From NCBI RefSeq assembly GCF_964188315.1, contig NC_135659.1, positions 80,662,001-80,726,000 on the forward strand: DNA of 64,000 bases. Reading direction: 5' to 3'. Shown piece by piece: positions 46,861-59,600 of this stretch. Both the position numbers and the translations under genes were made by a program. The notes under the pieces are model-generated. The model saw nothing but the letters and a program-made list of their open reading frames with translations. It did no database searches and was not told the DNA's origin. Every line of letters begins with the position of its first letter. Within the stretch, counting starts at the first letter, position 1. The stretch is from Podarcis muralis (taxonomy: Eukaryota).

Positions 46861-48798
46861 TCACCACAACAGTTCTTTGGAGGTTGTAGCTTTGATTTTG
46901 CCATATTTTCTTGGAGCTCCTGGCTGTGGAAACATCAGGAACATTAAATCTCTGTACATGCCCTGCTTGATTTTTGCCTGGTAAAGCTCCCAATAGTTAT
47001 AAGTGGTGATATGCAAATAATACTTTTTATTTCACTGAGGAATATTGTTTGCAAAAAGTAGTGCTGGGGCTTAGTATGAAAACACTAACTTGAATCTTGA
47101 AAGTAAGAAAGGTAGGTTAATTTCACTTTGTATTGTAATAGTGGCTTCTTTTCATGTAGCTTGCTCCCTACAGGTCATGTTGTTTAAAACTAGAAACAAA
47201 AATAGATTGCCATGAAAGTAAACATGAAGAATAAATAAGTTCAGTAGCTGTCATTTATTGTTATTCAGTAAGACTGCAATTTAGGTGCAATCTCATCTGC
47301 CCCTGAACCTAATTTTGACTAAACCCAATTTTGGCTTTAGGTCTGATCCCTGGAACATAACTCTCGTGTAAGTTGTGGGTTTACTGTATTACCATTTTTG
47401 CAGGATATGTCCTTTCATAGGCTAGCACATATTTTGGTACAAAGAATCTAAATAAAAGAAAGGTCAAGCTGAATGAATTATTTCAGTCTTTGCTCACTTT
47501 ATTGACATTAGTGATTTTACTTCTACTAGTAAAGGGATAGCAGTGGCATATTCTTAAAAGGTAGCTTTTCCCATATTGAAGTGAAACCTTTGAACTCTTG
47601 ACCTTGACTTAGTATTGCCATGTAGAATGCATTACATACAGCTATTGAAGTCAAAATTTCCTTTTCAAGTCCTGTGGTTTATGAAAATTTGTACATATTG
47701 GCCTGAATTGCAGGACAGCTGATATTTATCAAGTGTAACAGGAGCTTTACTCATTTTCACATTTTTAACAAAATTTTGAAACCTTTTTGTATGCACACAT
47801 GTTCAGCATATGTGTCTGAGCTTTGAACATTTTGTTTTGAAGTGTATTGGCTCTCATTAGCTCAAGAGTGCAAAGTATAAAACTTTAATAAGCCTCATAC
47901 ATCAAACTTCTGCATAGCAATATTATTATGTAATACGACACATAAAATTGAGAAGTATGTGGTATGTTCAAAGCTTTAAATATATCTGGCTTTGGAAAAG
48001 TTATTTTTATCAACTGATAGTTCAAAATGCTCATATGAAAAACTTTGAGAGAAATCCTCTCAGTGGCCCTAAGGCTGAAATAAGGGCTCTCAGGGACACA
48101 CATTCTAGCAGAGATTTAAACTGATAGAATAACTTTCACATTCTAATTCTCCAATTTATGCAACTTGGTGTTAATTGTGATTAAGATTTTTACCTGGGTT
48201 GTGGATTGAACTGCTCCTCTTCATTTCTATTTTTATACATTGCTGTTTTTGAGTTAGTTTCTTCCTGTTACTGTGGTAACTCAATATATTGATATGCAGA
48301 TCACACTGACTTGCAGCAAGGTAACAGAAGGCTCTAGGTGACTGTGTTGTAGATAAATGCAATTGTTATCCTAGACCAGTGTGTTAAAATGTGTCTTAGG
48401 AATCAATCAACAATATGTGGTGGTATCCCTCCTTCTAAGAGAAAGCTGCAAGTGTTAAGCAAATGCCAAGAGACTGCTCCAAATTTTTTTGTTTAATAAC
48501 GTCCTTTATAATTTACCATATGTCAGATGAATGAACAAGAATGTGGCAGCATGTTTCAAACCAGTCTGTTTCAAGGATAATAGGGGAAATGTTTTTCGTT
48601 TAACGTTTAAGCATAAAAACATTACAATGTGGATTCCCTTAACAATGCATTGAGTTGCATCCAGTTGTGCCCCTTCACTGACAGTAGGGCTGTTTGATAT
48701 AGCAAAGGCTTCCATGAGCCAAAATGGGTGGAGGTGATTTCCTCAAACTTCCACTTTTCCTTGCAGTCTACTATGTCAGCTACCACACCATTCTAAAG

Positions 48799-48996
48799 CA
48801 GGGGTCAGCAAACTTTTCCAGCAGGGGGCCGGTCCACTCTACCTCAGACCTTGTGAGGGCCGGACTATATTTTGAAAGGGGAAAAAAGAACGAATTCCTA
48901 TGCCCCACAGACAACCCAGAGATGCATTTTAAATAAAAGCACACATTCTACTCATGTAAAAACATGCTGATTCCCAGACCGTCAGCAGGCCAGATT
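48799..48996 (-). mobile_element. hAT MITE, truncated; same family as 37722-38415
   Basis: CAGGGGTCAGCAAAC terminus; agagatgcattttaaataaaag..attctactcatgtaaaaacatgctgattccc. Confidence 0.85.
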
Positions 48997-49082
48997 ATCT
49001 TCCCGCCGGGCTTCCAAGGCTTGTGGACAGCAGCCTGCAGCCCGAAACCCGGTGCGCCCTATAGGGTGAAAAATACGGTGTA

Positions 49083-49856
49083 TTTATCGCTTTGACATCT
49101 GATGGGAGGGCATTCCACAGGGCGGGCGCCACTACCGAGAAGGCCCTCTGCCTGGTTCCCTGTAGCTTTACTTCTCGCAATGAGGGAACCGCCAGAAGGC
49201 CCTCGGCGCTGGACCTCAACGTCCGGGCAGAACGATGGGAGTGGAGACACTCCTTCAGGTAAAGATGTTCAGCAAAGTTAATACACCTCTTTTAAGATTA
49301 AGAATACCACCACCCTTTTAGTAGAAAAAAGCACCGGAAACACACACACGAGTCGGGGGCTTCCGCTTGGCTGCTGCCAAGGAGAAGCAAGGATGGTTCT
49401 GGGGGTGGGGGATGGCACAGGAGGCAGATGTGGCATGCAAGGCCTCTGCAGAGCAGATGCTGTAGCGGCAACAGGGCCAAGGCCAATTAGGGTTTTAAAG
49501 GTCAGCTCCAACATTTTGAATTGTACTCAAAAAGCGTACTGGGATCCAATGTAATTCTTTTAGGACTTGGGTTATATGGTTCCAGCGATCGTTCCTAGTC
49601 ACCACATTCTGGATTAGTTGTAGTTTCTGAGTCACCTTCAAATGTAGCACATTGTAGTAGTCTTTGCTGGAGATAACCAGAGCATGTGCCACTCTGGCGA
49701 GACAGTGCACAGCCAGGTCGGGTCTCAGCTTACGTACCAGATTGAGCTGGTAAACAACTGCCCAGGACACAGAATAAACCTGCACTTCCATGTACAGCTG
49801 TGAGTCCAAAATGACCCCAAGGCTGCACACACCTGGTCCTTTAAGGAGCACAATTA
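49083..49856 (-). mobile_element. L2 fragments, continuing at 51624-51740 beyond the MITE
   Basis: SLGVILDSQLYMEVQV...LARVAHALVISS; RAFSVVAPALWNALP. The MITE is inserted at TA in cacaat-TA-ccccattc. Confidence 0.8.
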
Positions 49857-50242
49857 CCGTATTTTTCGCACCATAGGACGCACTTTTTCCCTCCTAAAAA
49901 GCAAGGGAAAATCTGTGTGCGTCCTATGGAGCGAATGCAGGGGGAGGCAGGCAGGGAAAGCCCTCAAGAGCCACACACAAGCTTTGTGTGCTCTTGCGGG
50001 CTTTTCTCCAGGAGGGAGAAGGGACTGACTGGCTGCAGCAGTCCCTTCTCCCTGCTGGGGGAAAAGCCCCCAAGAGCGGCGCCCTCTTTAAAGGCTGTGC
50101 GGCTCCTGCAGGCTTTTCTACGAGGTGGGGGAATCCCCCCACCTCCCAGAAAAGCCAGGAGAAGCCGCACCGCCCCTTTAAAGAGCGTGCGGCTTCTGCG
50201 GGAGGTGGGGGAAGCTGCAGCAGATTCCCTCCTCCCGGGCTC

Positions 50243-50842
50243 CCTTTGAGGCGGCAATGTGGGAGGGGAGCAGCTTACACTCGTGTAAACAGCTCCTCTC
50301 CCACTTTCCTCCTTCAAAGCAACTACGGAGGAGGGAAGGAAGAGGACCATGGATCCTCCGCTGCTGGAAGCTTCAGCAGATTCCCCCCTCCGTGATTGCT
50401 TTGAAGCAGGAAAGTGGGAGGGGGCAGCTTACACTCGTGTAAGCAGCTCCTCTCCCACTTTCCTCTTTCAAAGCAACTACGGAGGAGGGAAGGAAGGGGA
50501 CCATGGATCCTCCACTGCTCACGGCTGCAGCGGATTCCTCCTCCATGATTGCTTTGAAGCAGGAAAGTGGGAGGGGGGCAGCTTACACTCGTGTAAGCAG
50601 CTCCTCTCCCACTTTCCTCCTTCAAAGCAACTACGGAAGAAGGAAGGAAGAGGACCATGGATCCTCCTCTGCTGGAGGCTTCAGCGGATTCCCTCCTCCG
50701 TGATTGCTTTGAAGCGGCAATGTGGGAGGGGAGCAGCTTACACTCGTGTAAGCAGCTCCTCTCCCACTTTCCTGCTTCAAAGCAACTACGGAGGAGGGAA
50801 GGAAGGGGACCATGGATCCTCCGCTGCTCACGGCTGCAGCGG
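50243..50842. repeat. Minisatellite, 154/155-bp unit, about 4 copies, each with a ~77-nt hairpin
   Basis: cagcttacactcgtgt at 50271, 50425, 50579 and 50734. Confidence 0.95.
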
Positions 50843-51019
50843 ATTCCTCCTCCGTGATTGCTGGGAGCTTCTCTGGGCAGGAATTCCCTCAGCTTAAGTG
50901 GGGTGGGGGAAGTGTGGCAGGTAGGGGGGTACCTACCTAGACACTGAAGCCACATGTCTCTTAGATGAAAATTGGGAGTGAGCATTGTGTGAAGTGGCTG
51001 TGGATCTCCTGCCGCAGAA

Positions 51020-51232
51020 CTGTAGGACTTTATAGAGTTGGGAGGGCCACCCGAGGGTCATCTAGCCCAGCCCCCTCACAATGTAGGAATCACAGCTAAA
51101 GAACGCCAGGCAGATGGTCCCCCAACCGCTGCTTAAAAGCCTCCAGTGGTGGAGACCCCAAACACCTTCCGAGGTCATAGAATTGCAGGGTTGGAAGGGA
51201 ACCCCAGGAGTCATCTAGTCCAGCCCCGGTGG
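51020..51232 (-). mobile_element. Two CR1-type 3' tail fragments inside the MITE
   Basis: agagttgggagggcc..gagggtcatctagcccagcccc and catagaattgcagggttggaagggaacc..gtcatctagtccagcccc. Confidence 0.7.
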
Positions 51233-51759
51233 ACAGCAGGCGCAATCCATCCCATTGCGCAAGACTAAAGATGCTGCACAAGGCTAAAGAAGAAGCCAAG
51301 GCAGCGAGCGGGATGGATCGCGCTTGCTGCCTTGTCTTCTTCTTTAGCTGCACTGGAGAGGTTTAGCTCCTGGCTGGAGATGTTGCGCGGCTATGGACCC
51401 CGCACACTGTCTTGGCTTCTTTGCTCTTTGGGGCTGGGGGGGGGGGGGACCCAGGCTTCCCCCGCAGCCCCAAGAAGCTCTGGGAGAAGTGGACAGGCTG
51501 CGTGCAGCCTGTCCGTTGCTCTTTGGGGCTGGGGGGGGGGATAATATTTTTTTCCTTGATTTCCCCCTCTAAAAACTAGGTGCGTCCTGTGGTCCGGTGC
51601 GTCCAATGGAGCGAAAAATACGGTACCCCATTCAGGATCAGGGAGTGGGCCAAACCTGCCTGCCCCCTTTCCCACAGAAACAGTATTTTTGTCTTGTTGG
51701 GATTCAGCCTCGAATCTGTTGTCCGCCATTCATCATAATAAATGTGATGCAACACATGG

Positions 51760-52152
51760 AATGTGCCCCAGTCCTCAAAAATATTTGAAGAGGTCCTCTG
51801 TCTTGGTTGAGGTATGCAGGGCTATACCATGAATGCATTGAACCAAGTCAAGGCACGTCAGGCCAGTCTGCCAAGTGGTGGATTTCCAGTGTCTTTGATA
51901 TAGAAGGTTAAATTTTATGTGTTGGAACCATGCACACAGGAGCAATGATAGTGCTTCTTGGTTTGACTGTTGCCGCCACAAATAAAACTGGTGTCACATT
52001 TGTTTTGCTGAGTATAAATCATCTTGCAAGCATTGTTCAATGTCCCATGGAATTGTGTTGGCATTACCTCCATGTCTGGCTTAAAAGCATCTGGGATGTT
52101 AGCTACAGACCTCCAGTTATAGGGCTGCATATAAATTCAGTTGTTGTTGTTG

Positions 52153-52208
<56 letters not shown>

Positions 52209-52700
52209 AATAACTGCTATACCAGGCACATTGGTTTCTGTTTGCTTTGCTCGCTGGCATGTAATAATTGCTTCCATAAGTGAGGCATTCCTTTCTGGTG
52301 AGGTAAGAACATATAAGTTGTGTCTTGCACCGTTTAGCAAAGTAGTTGCCCTCTGCACACTCATTACAGGTTTCACCAGAATCTTTGCACTGCCTGGGCT
52401 TGTGGACGCACCTATATCTTCAGCAGGAAATTGTCTTTTGCAGCTACCAGGCTGTCTGCTGCAGAGGCCTGCCTCAGGGACTTTCTTCCTCCTCAAGAAG
52501 TTGTGGGCTCTTGTGCTGAATGGCAAAAACAATTATTTCTGCAGTCATTGCTGTTCTCTGAGCCCTCATAAGGTCCTTTGCTTTGCAGATATTAATTATT
52601 TGTGCTAGAGTCAAGTTAGGGTTTTCCAAGAGCTTGTTTTTGAGCTTCCTGTTGGAAATACTGAAAACAATGCTGCAACTGAGCATTAGAACTGTAGATA
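51760..52700 (-). mobile_element. Degraded Gypsy gag-protease remnant
   Basis: IVFSISNRKLKNKLLENPNLTLAQIINICKAKDL (gag), H.PRQC....ETCNECAEGNYFAKRC (Zn knuckle), AFKPDMEV (FKLDTGA-like); split by (AAT)n. Confidence 0.7.
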
Positions 52701-52834
52701 CAATGTTGGGATCTAACCCTTAAATGTTGTGACAAGACTCTATGCCTGCTGCCTCATCGCAAGGAAGTTCCCAGAACGGGAACAACTCAAAACAGGGTTT
52801 CTCCTGGGATCACATTTTTTGAATGTGCCAAGCT

Positions 52835-52965
52835 GGGGTGGCCAGCATTGTGGTCTCTAGATGTTGCTGGACTACAGCTGTCATCATACTTGACAATTGG
52901 ATGTGATAGTTGGAGTTGATGGGAGTTGTAGTCCATCAAAATTTGAAGGGCACCATGCACTATTC
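52835..52965. mobile_element. Degraded hAT-type palindromic MITE
   Basis: ggactacagct...gatgggagttgtagtcc; related to 20182-20317. Confidence 0.55.
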
Positions 52966-55556
52966 CTGCACTAAGGGCTTCTGTTATGCTAAGGGCTTCT
53001 GTTACTTTCCTGTATTTTGGCTCTGAATAGATATTAGGAACATTGTATATTTCTAAACCATTTTCTCCTGTGCAGTGCAGCACCATAGCAATTCTGTAGC
53101 CCTCTGATTCTTACTCATCTTTTGTAACTGCTAGGTATACTGTAACTGTATTCTGTATTCCCATTTCCCCCTAAGTTTCCACCTTCCCTGTTAATAGGTC
53201 GGAAACCCTTCTCCAGGTGGTTTTGTGAGGAGGGCAGATCTAACTTATAAAATACCAGTTGATGATAGCTTGATGGGTCTTCCTGGATTAATTTATTTAT
53301 TAATGGCCGGAATCAAAAGAATCTCATAACTGGGTCTGGATGCCCAAGGGGCATTTGGGCTTTTGCTTTTCAAACACTGTTCCCCATGCCACACCTTGTT
53401 TTTCAAGTGTTCTTCCCAAACAGAAATAGCCCAAACCACCCTCTCCATTTGCCCCTCTTTCATTGTGATTGGCTAGGTGTGAGTTAGGATTCAGGATTCA
53501 GCCTTTTGTTGCTTTGTGGTGCATTTGCAAAGGACACCCTCAGTCAGTCAGCTCATTGTACACTCAGGTCAGAGCCAGTCCAGCAGGGTCTTATCAAGCA
53601 ATTTCCATGTGTAAATGTCAGGTGGCTATGAGAGGACACAGAGGACAGCTAGATCCAAGTAGCACCATAAATTAATCCAGTATGTAGTCCAGATCCTCCC
53701 ATATATTCTAAACATATTTTTGTTGTAATTTCTAAGAGGAAATATTGCCAGTATGCAAGGGTGATTTAGCAAGTTAAATTCCCACCCTTTTGCTCCTGCT
53801 GTTGGAAGAGGAAATTGTTTTCTAAGCTCCAAGCCTTTAGGGAAGTTTCTGCCACCCCAAGGGATTTTCCCTGTCTCCTCTTTCTTCTCCCCCCACAATG
53901 CCCCCTGAAATTTGCTCTGTGTGGGTCAAGAGAGCAGCAGAAGAGCGCACAGGGACGTGAGCGGAGGAATCCTTCCATTTGGCAAACTGCAGTGCTTGTG
54001 CAGACAGCATGTTCATGATAGCACAAAACTGAATTCCACTGTTAATGTGTACTTTTTCTCAAACTCATAATATATGTGGTGGCTTCACTCTTTACTCCTT
54101 GATGCTGCCAGATAAAATTTATGTTGCTCAGTTAGTAGGCATAAATAGATGAAATGTGCTATTAAAACGCTGGATCAGACTTAAATTAGGTTCTTTTCTT
54201 TGCCGCTGTTTCTCTTCCTGTCTTTCACATTGCTCACACCAGAGCAACATTTGAGTTATAGGATTTATTCCAAGACTGTCTGCTGAATCTGAAGGCAGAA
54301 GTCGTCTGGCATTTATTTTCAGCTGAAATATGTTTGTCTTGAACCAGAGGCTAAGGCTTTGGAATGCTTTGCAAGACTGCTTTGAGGCTTCAGACTTTTT
54401 CTCAAACTGAGCTCTTGTCTCTCTAATTTAAAATGTACTTTTGCTAGCAAATGGATATTGTTTTTTGTTGCTGTGACCCTTGGCTGTTAACTTTTTAATT
54501 ACATTTCAGAAATATGTTTAAGAAATAAAAAAATGCAGTTGGTGCTCTTCAGGCATTTGAACTTTCTGAAAGCATCTTAAATAGTTAAATGCCTCTTGTA
54601 CCTTATTGAACAATAGTTGTTACAACTTGGGAAAGGAGAAACCAGTAAAGAGTCTAAACCATCAGTGAATTATGACCATGACAGATCCCTCTCATGTCAC
54701 AGTGATTATAATTAGGTCTACTAAACCTGTTGAAACATTTCATATGTAAGTTGATACTGGCGATATACAACAATAATGGAATTAATTTTGAATATTTCCT
54801 AAGAATGTTAGATGAGCTCAGCTTGATCTGACCTTAGGCCCATCATGTCCAGTGTCATGTTCTCAAAGTGACCAGTCAGATGCCTATTGGAAACTCACAA
54901 GAAGGGCATGAGTGCAACAGAACTCTGCACATGTGTGATAATCAACCCATGTTCTTATGCCAATATGCAGAGTTCTGATCAACTTGGGACCAGGGTACAA
55001 TAAAGATGACCTGAGCTCTTATAACCCAACTTGATCACTGAGATCAACTGGAGGAGCACTGCTAGTTGTCTCCCATGTTACAGAGGCCTGACTGGCTTCT
55101 ATAAGTCGGGCATCTAGCATCGCCATTCGCCTGCTGCACAATATTATTACAGCAGAGAATCAGCAAGTTTCCTTCTTTTGACTTTCAGGTGCCTCTTTTA
55201 AACCAGGAGCTCTTTGCCACTTTTAAAACTGATTAGGCATTTACTTCTATGATTATATTGTTTGTAATAATGTTTAATTGTTGTTTACTGCCCTGATATT
55301 TTTATGATAGGTGGTGTAGAAATACTTTTATAAATAAATGGGATGGGGTGTGTGGGGACTGCAGCAAGTATCGGGCATTATTGGAATTTGGGGGTGGGGG
55401 CTGTCCTGGATATACCGTACATGAGACCTTTTGCAATTCTGCAACTATAATTTTAGTTGGGACAGAGTAACTCAGAGTAAGATATACTCAATCTGTGTTC
55501 AATTCTGTATCAAAATTGTAAAGTTCTTACACACTGTGTTCACTGTTTTCTTTCAG

Positions 55557-55605
55557 AAAGTGTTTTCAACATATGTTGATGTCCTGGAGGGCAAGATTTT
55601 CTGTG
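55557..55605 (+). other. Strong candidate 49-nt exon of the plus-strand gene
   Basis: gttcactgttttctttcag|AAAG acceptor and GTG|gtaagt consensus donor; unique sequence. Confidence 0.65.
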
Positions 55606-56809
55606 GTAAGTACCCTACCTAACTTTTGACTGAATTTAAATGTTTCCAAGTTGTATGACACATAACAGATACATTAGAAATGGCTAACCTCAGTTGATTA
55701 TTTGTTAAATTTGCGAACATTAGGACCATAGAAGATTATAACTATGGCATATCCAAATATTCCAGGCTCAAGCACAATTAATTTGTTCAGACAAACTATT
55801 GTTAAAGGTAACAACAGTTTGTCTGGTTTGGCTATAACAAACTGTGGTTAGTTGAAAGTCGAAGTTCTTCGGATCGCCTCATGACTGCACTGGAGAAGGG
55901 TGGGATGTAGGCTTGTGGACATCTTTAGGGTTAATGTCTTAATGTGGCCACTGTATTTCATACTATTTTGGCATCTTATGTTTCTCTAGAGGGTCTCTGC
56001 AAAGCCCCATGTTATAGCTTAGCTCAAACTGCTTCCTCAGTTTCAAAAATGGTTTGCCATTTAAGAAGCATAAACTCAGAGCCCTCTTGGGTGCATAGCA
56101 ATAGTTTTGTGGTTTTTGGATTCCAGCCAAGTCTGAGTAAAAATGAAAGTAATTTTTAATTGCAGTGGTTCATCTTGTTTTAATATAAATGAGTATAACA
56201 CTTTGTTTTTCAATTAAAACTACTTGAAATATCTTTAATTCGCAACTTATTTTAAAGACCTGCTTATTGCATATTTTGTTACCATTGAATATTTTAAATA
56301 TATAAATACTAGTTCTAGCTGCACAACTAAAAACAATAGTTACACATTTAAAATAACATTGTAATATCCTGCAAGTAAACTTGAATCTTTGAAATAAAAA
56401 TGTTAGGTATGGTAGCCAGTTTCAAATAGCTTTATGCACAAAGCTTCAAACCGACTAAAGCAAAGCAAAGGCAGATATCCACAAAAACAGGAAATCCTTT
56501 TGTGTATCCTTCCTTAGCAGCCCCGAACTATGTATTAAACTCACACCCTTTTATAAATGACCATTAAGCTTTTCTGTTGAATATTCATTTTCTATGATAA
56601 AGTGCCTTCAGTTCTGTTTTTATAAGAATTACTCACTCATCTAATTCTCTTCTTTAGTTGCAAATAATTTGCTTTAAAAGTTCCTCATAACTGGAAATGA
56701 GTTTGTACTATTAGAGGATTTGAGTTTGATATTAGAGAACAAAATACTATATAAGGTAAACCATTCTAAAAGGTGGGCTTATATAATATATTGAATAGGA
56801 GCTCAGAAG

Positions 56810-58127
56810 AGGTTATCCATTCCATTCAAAAGTACAGAAGGGCAAGGACAATAGGGTCATGAGAGGAAATACATGCCCAGGAGCACTGTCTACAAGCAGC
56901 ATCTTTTTAAGCTGCAAGTGTTTCTCCTCATGGTAACACATCACTGTTGAAGTGAAGCAGTTGTGGAACCAGTGCAGAAATGAAGAAGTCACCCAGACCT
57001 TTTTGTTTGATTGCCAAAGCACAGGAAGCAGATTCTTGATTTAGGGCATGGGTTTTTTTGAGAACTGTTTAGCAAGCCTAGCTTTATTAAGTTTCAAATT
57101 CATAAGATTATTGTTCTAGCCAAAAGTCACGACAGACTTGTAGCAATAGCATTAATAAAATAATACAGAACATCCATCCATAAATAAACCAACACCCACA
57201 ATGAAAAAGAGAGAAGTTACCAGAGAACTAATAAGCTTAAATCCAGCTTGATTTCAGATTAAAACACCAAAACAACTTAGAGGCTTTATCTAACTCCTTT
57301 TTCCCTATTTTTTAAAAATTTATTTATTTATTTATTTATTTTCAGCAAGTGCATAGGGGGCCACTCTGTGTGTTATGAAGCTATCATTGTCTAAAAAGAA
57401 ACCAGACCAATGTATTAAGTGTCCAGCCATATTGCCACAGAGCAGCACAGTTGCTCTATCCAGGGGTTCTTTTTTCAGCTTTGACAAAGCAAGTCCACTC
57501 AGGCGTTTGCGTCCAGAAAAGCCCTGTCTTGTCTGCCCTGTGTTGAAGACTTGCTCTGGAAGGTATGCCTTGTCATCCAGTAACTGCTTTAGTTGCACAA
57601 GGTATGTTTTTGCAGCCTCTTAGTCTGCAGATGCAGCCTCCCCTGTCGTTAAGATATTCTTCAGGTTGAAGCAGATCTTAAAACTGTTAAGCCAACTTGG
57701 GTTGGCTTTAAATTCATTGGTAGGCCAGTCCCCATTTGTGGTGGAAAGTTTGAAGTGGTCATATAGGCTTGGAAACTTTTGATGCAAGATGCTGCCATCC
57801 ATAGGAGCACGTTTCCAGTTTATGTCTTCTAGCTACAAGTTCAGTGCTTTCTCCCATATTCATCAAAGCCTTGTCCTGCACCTGGCTTGTCACCTTTGCA
57901 GTCAGTGGTGTGCTTGCTGCCACAGCCTCACAGATCTCGTTCTCATGCACACTGATGGCATGGATGATGGACTAATTACAGCCGCATCTGAGTGCCACAG
58001 TACACACAGACATGCCATCTCTGAAGCAGTCCAGTAGAGCCAACTTCTCTTCCAGTGTGGGATCCACCCCCCGCTTCTTGGGTTTCCCATCAGCTGATGA
58101 TGGTAATGCCTTGTGCTTTGGGACCAT
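56810..58127 (-). pseudogene. Degraded Tigger/pogo transposase (CENP-B-type HTH plus partial DDE domain)
   Basis: ATG at 58127. EICEAVAASTPLTAKVTSQVQDKAL, DGSILHQK..SLYDHFK, FKANPSWLNSFK..FNLKNILTTGEAASAD, YLPEQVFN, LLCGNMAGHLI, WQSNKKVWVT, LLVDSAPGH; multiple frameshifts; no TIRs found. Confidence 0.9.
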
Positions 58128-59600
58128 TCTGTGGTCTGAAGCTCTCCAAACACCTCCACAAATCTCTGTGGCCTCCTCCAGTCACCCTCTTCATCTGCCT
58201 CTTCCACAGCCAAACACTTTCATGAAGACTTTTGGGATTGCTGGCCATTTTTTATGCTCTCGCACCCTCTCTGCTCCCCACCCCGTGTGCTACTTTTGCA
58301 CCATTTTCTTAATTTCTCATTGTGTGTGCAATTTGTCATCATTTTTAAAAAAAATTCTGCAACATGTAAAGCTGTGAGCACGTATTTTAAATAAGTGTAA
58401 GTTACCTGTATTTGTATTCTATTTGTGTTCTACAATGAGCACCAGTTGTTTGGCCTCTTCTGTTATATTTTAATAGCTAAGCCTTGCCCTAAGGTACAGT
58501 ATTCACTACATCTTGGAAACATTATCAGGCATTTATATCATGGGTATCTATTCTTGGATTATTCTGTGGCCAACTGGCTATTAATTTTATTGAACCAGAA
58601 CCTGATAGGATGTTGACTACATGTTTACTGTTAATTGTCTGTCTGGCACTGCAGAAATGAATTATGCATTCACATATGATTATTCTTGACTGAATAACAT
58701 GAACTGCTGACTAATAATAAACCAGTAGGCAAATGAAAATGTCAGACTGTATCATTATTTCCAATTCATGATTTGAAGACAGTCTGGAAACTTAAGGCCC
58801 TCCTACTTATTGGCAATGGGTAGCTGATGTGGGGAAGAGGGAAGAAAAGGTGTATAATGGCTATTGTGGGTGGAGGAATTCTAAGCATTAAAGTTAGTAA
58901 AACTCAGGTGTCTTATAATGGTTTGCTGTTCAGGCTATTATAAGGGACCTCAATCCACTCCTGAGTCTCACCCATTTTAATACTTAGAATACTATTGAAT
59001 ACAATAAAAGCTTATTCTTCCTTTAATTTTATCAGTCAAGACAAGATTTTATCAGTCAAGGTGGCTGAAATTTAGGCTATTTAAAGTCATATATGTAAAA
59101 TGAAATAAATTACAGTTATACAATAAGCAGTTCTGATAAGTTATTGTAAAAAAAGAATTAGTACATTTTGACCTATTGATATGGATACAAAATGTACATT
59201 TTGTTATAGCAACCATGAGGTTTGCTGGGTGTGATGCTCATAATACTCAAATCCCCAACTGAACAGCATCCTGAAAGCTGCTTGTGGGACTTTCTTGTTT
59301 CCAGTAAGCCTGGGAAGGTAGGAACAACCAAACAAACAGAATACCTCCTATCTGCAACTTGCTACAAAGCAAGAAGGAGAAAGCCCCCTCATGAGTGTGT
59401 GTCTTGTAGTTTACCTTTTACAAAATATTTTGGCTATTAAAAGCCAAACTTCATCGTAAAGGAAAGGAAGACTACACCCACTTGATATTGCTACTTGGCA
59501 AATTAGAAATAGAAGATTTTATTTTAGGGGATTTTCTAATTTATGCAAATACAGAAGCTTGTAGGTATTTGCAATAGTTTCCAGCTGCTCACGCTATATA

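Larger units (their letters stand above)
49857..51623 (+). mobile_element. Long TcMar (Tc2/pogo-like) MITE with hairpin minisatellite and CR1-tail fragments inside
   Basis: TA-CCGTATTTTTCGCACC...GCGAAAAATACGG-TA; 1767 bp; first ~85 bp nearly identical to the 22212 copy. Confidence 0.9.

Noticed and set aside
49917-50985. ORFs of 110-220 aa in the second long MITE
   Set aside because: Products of the 154-bp repeat; no coding signature.
54551-54594. Hairpin aggcattt...aaatgcct as a possible pre-miRNA
   Set aside because: Only about 12 bp of stem, too short for a miRNA precursor.
7210-55605. Assigning a gene symbol to the plus-strand gene
   Set aside because: No coding exon is in the window and I could not match the leader exons to a known gene with confidence; a database search is needed.
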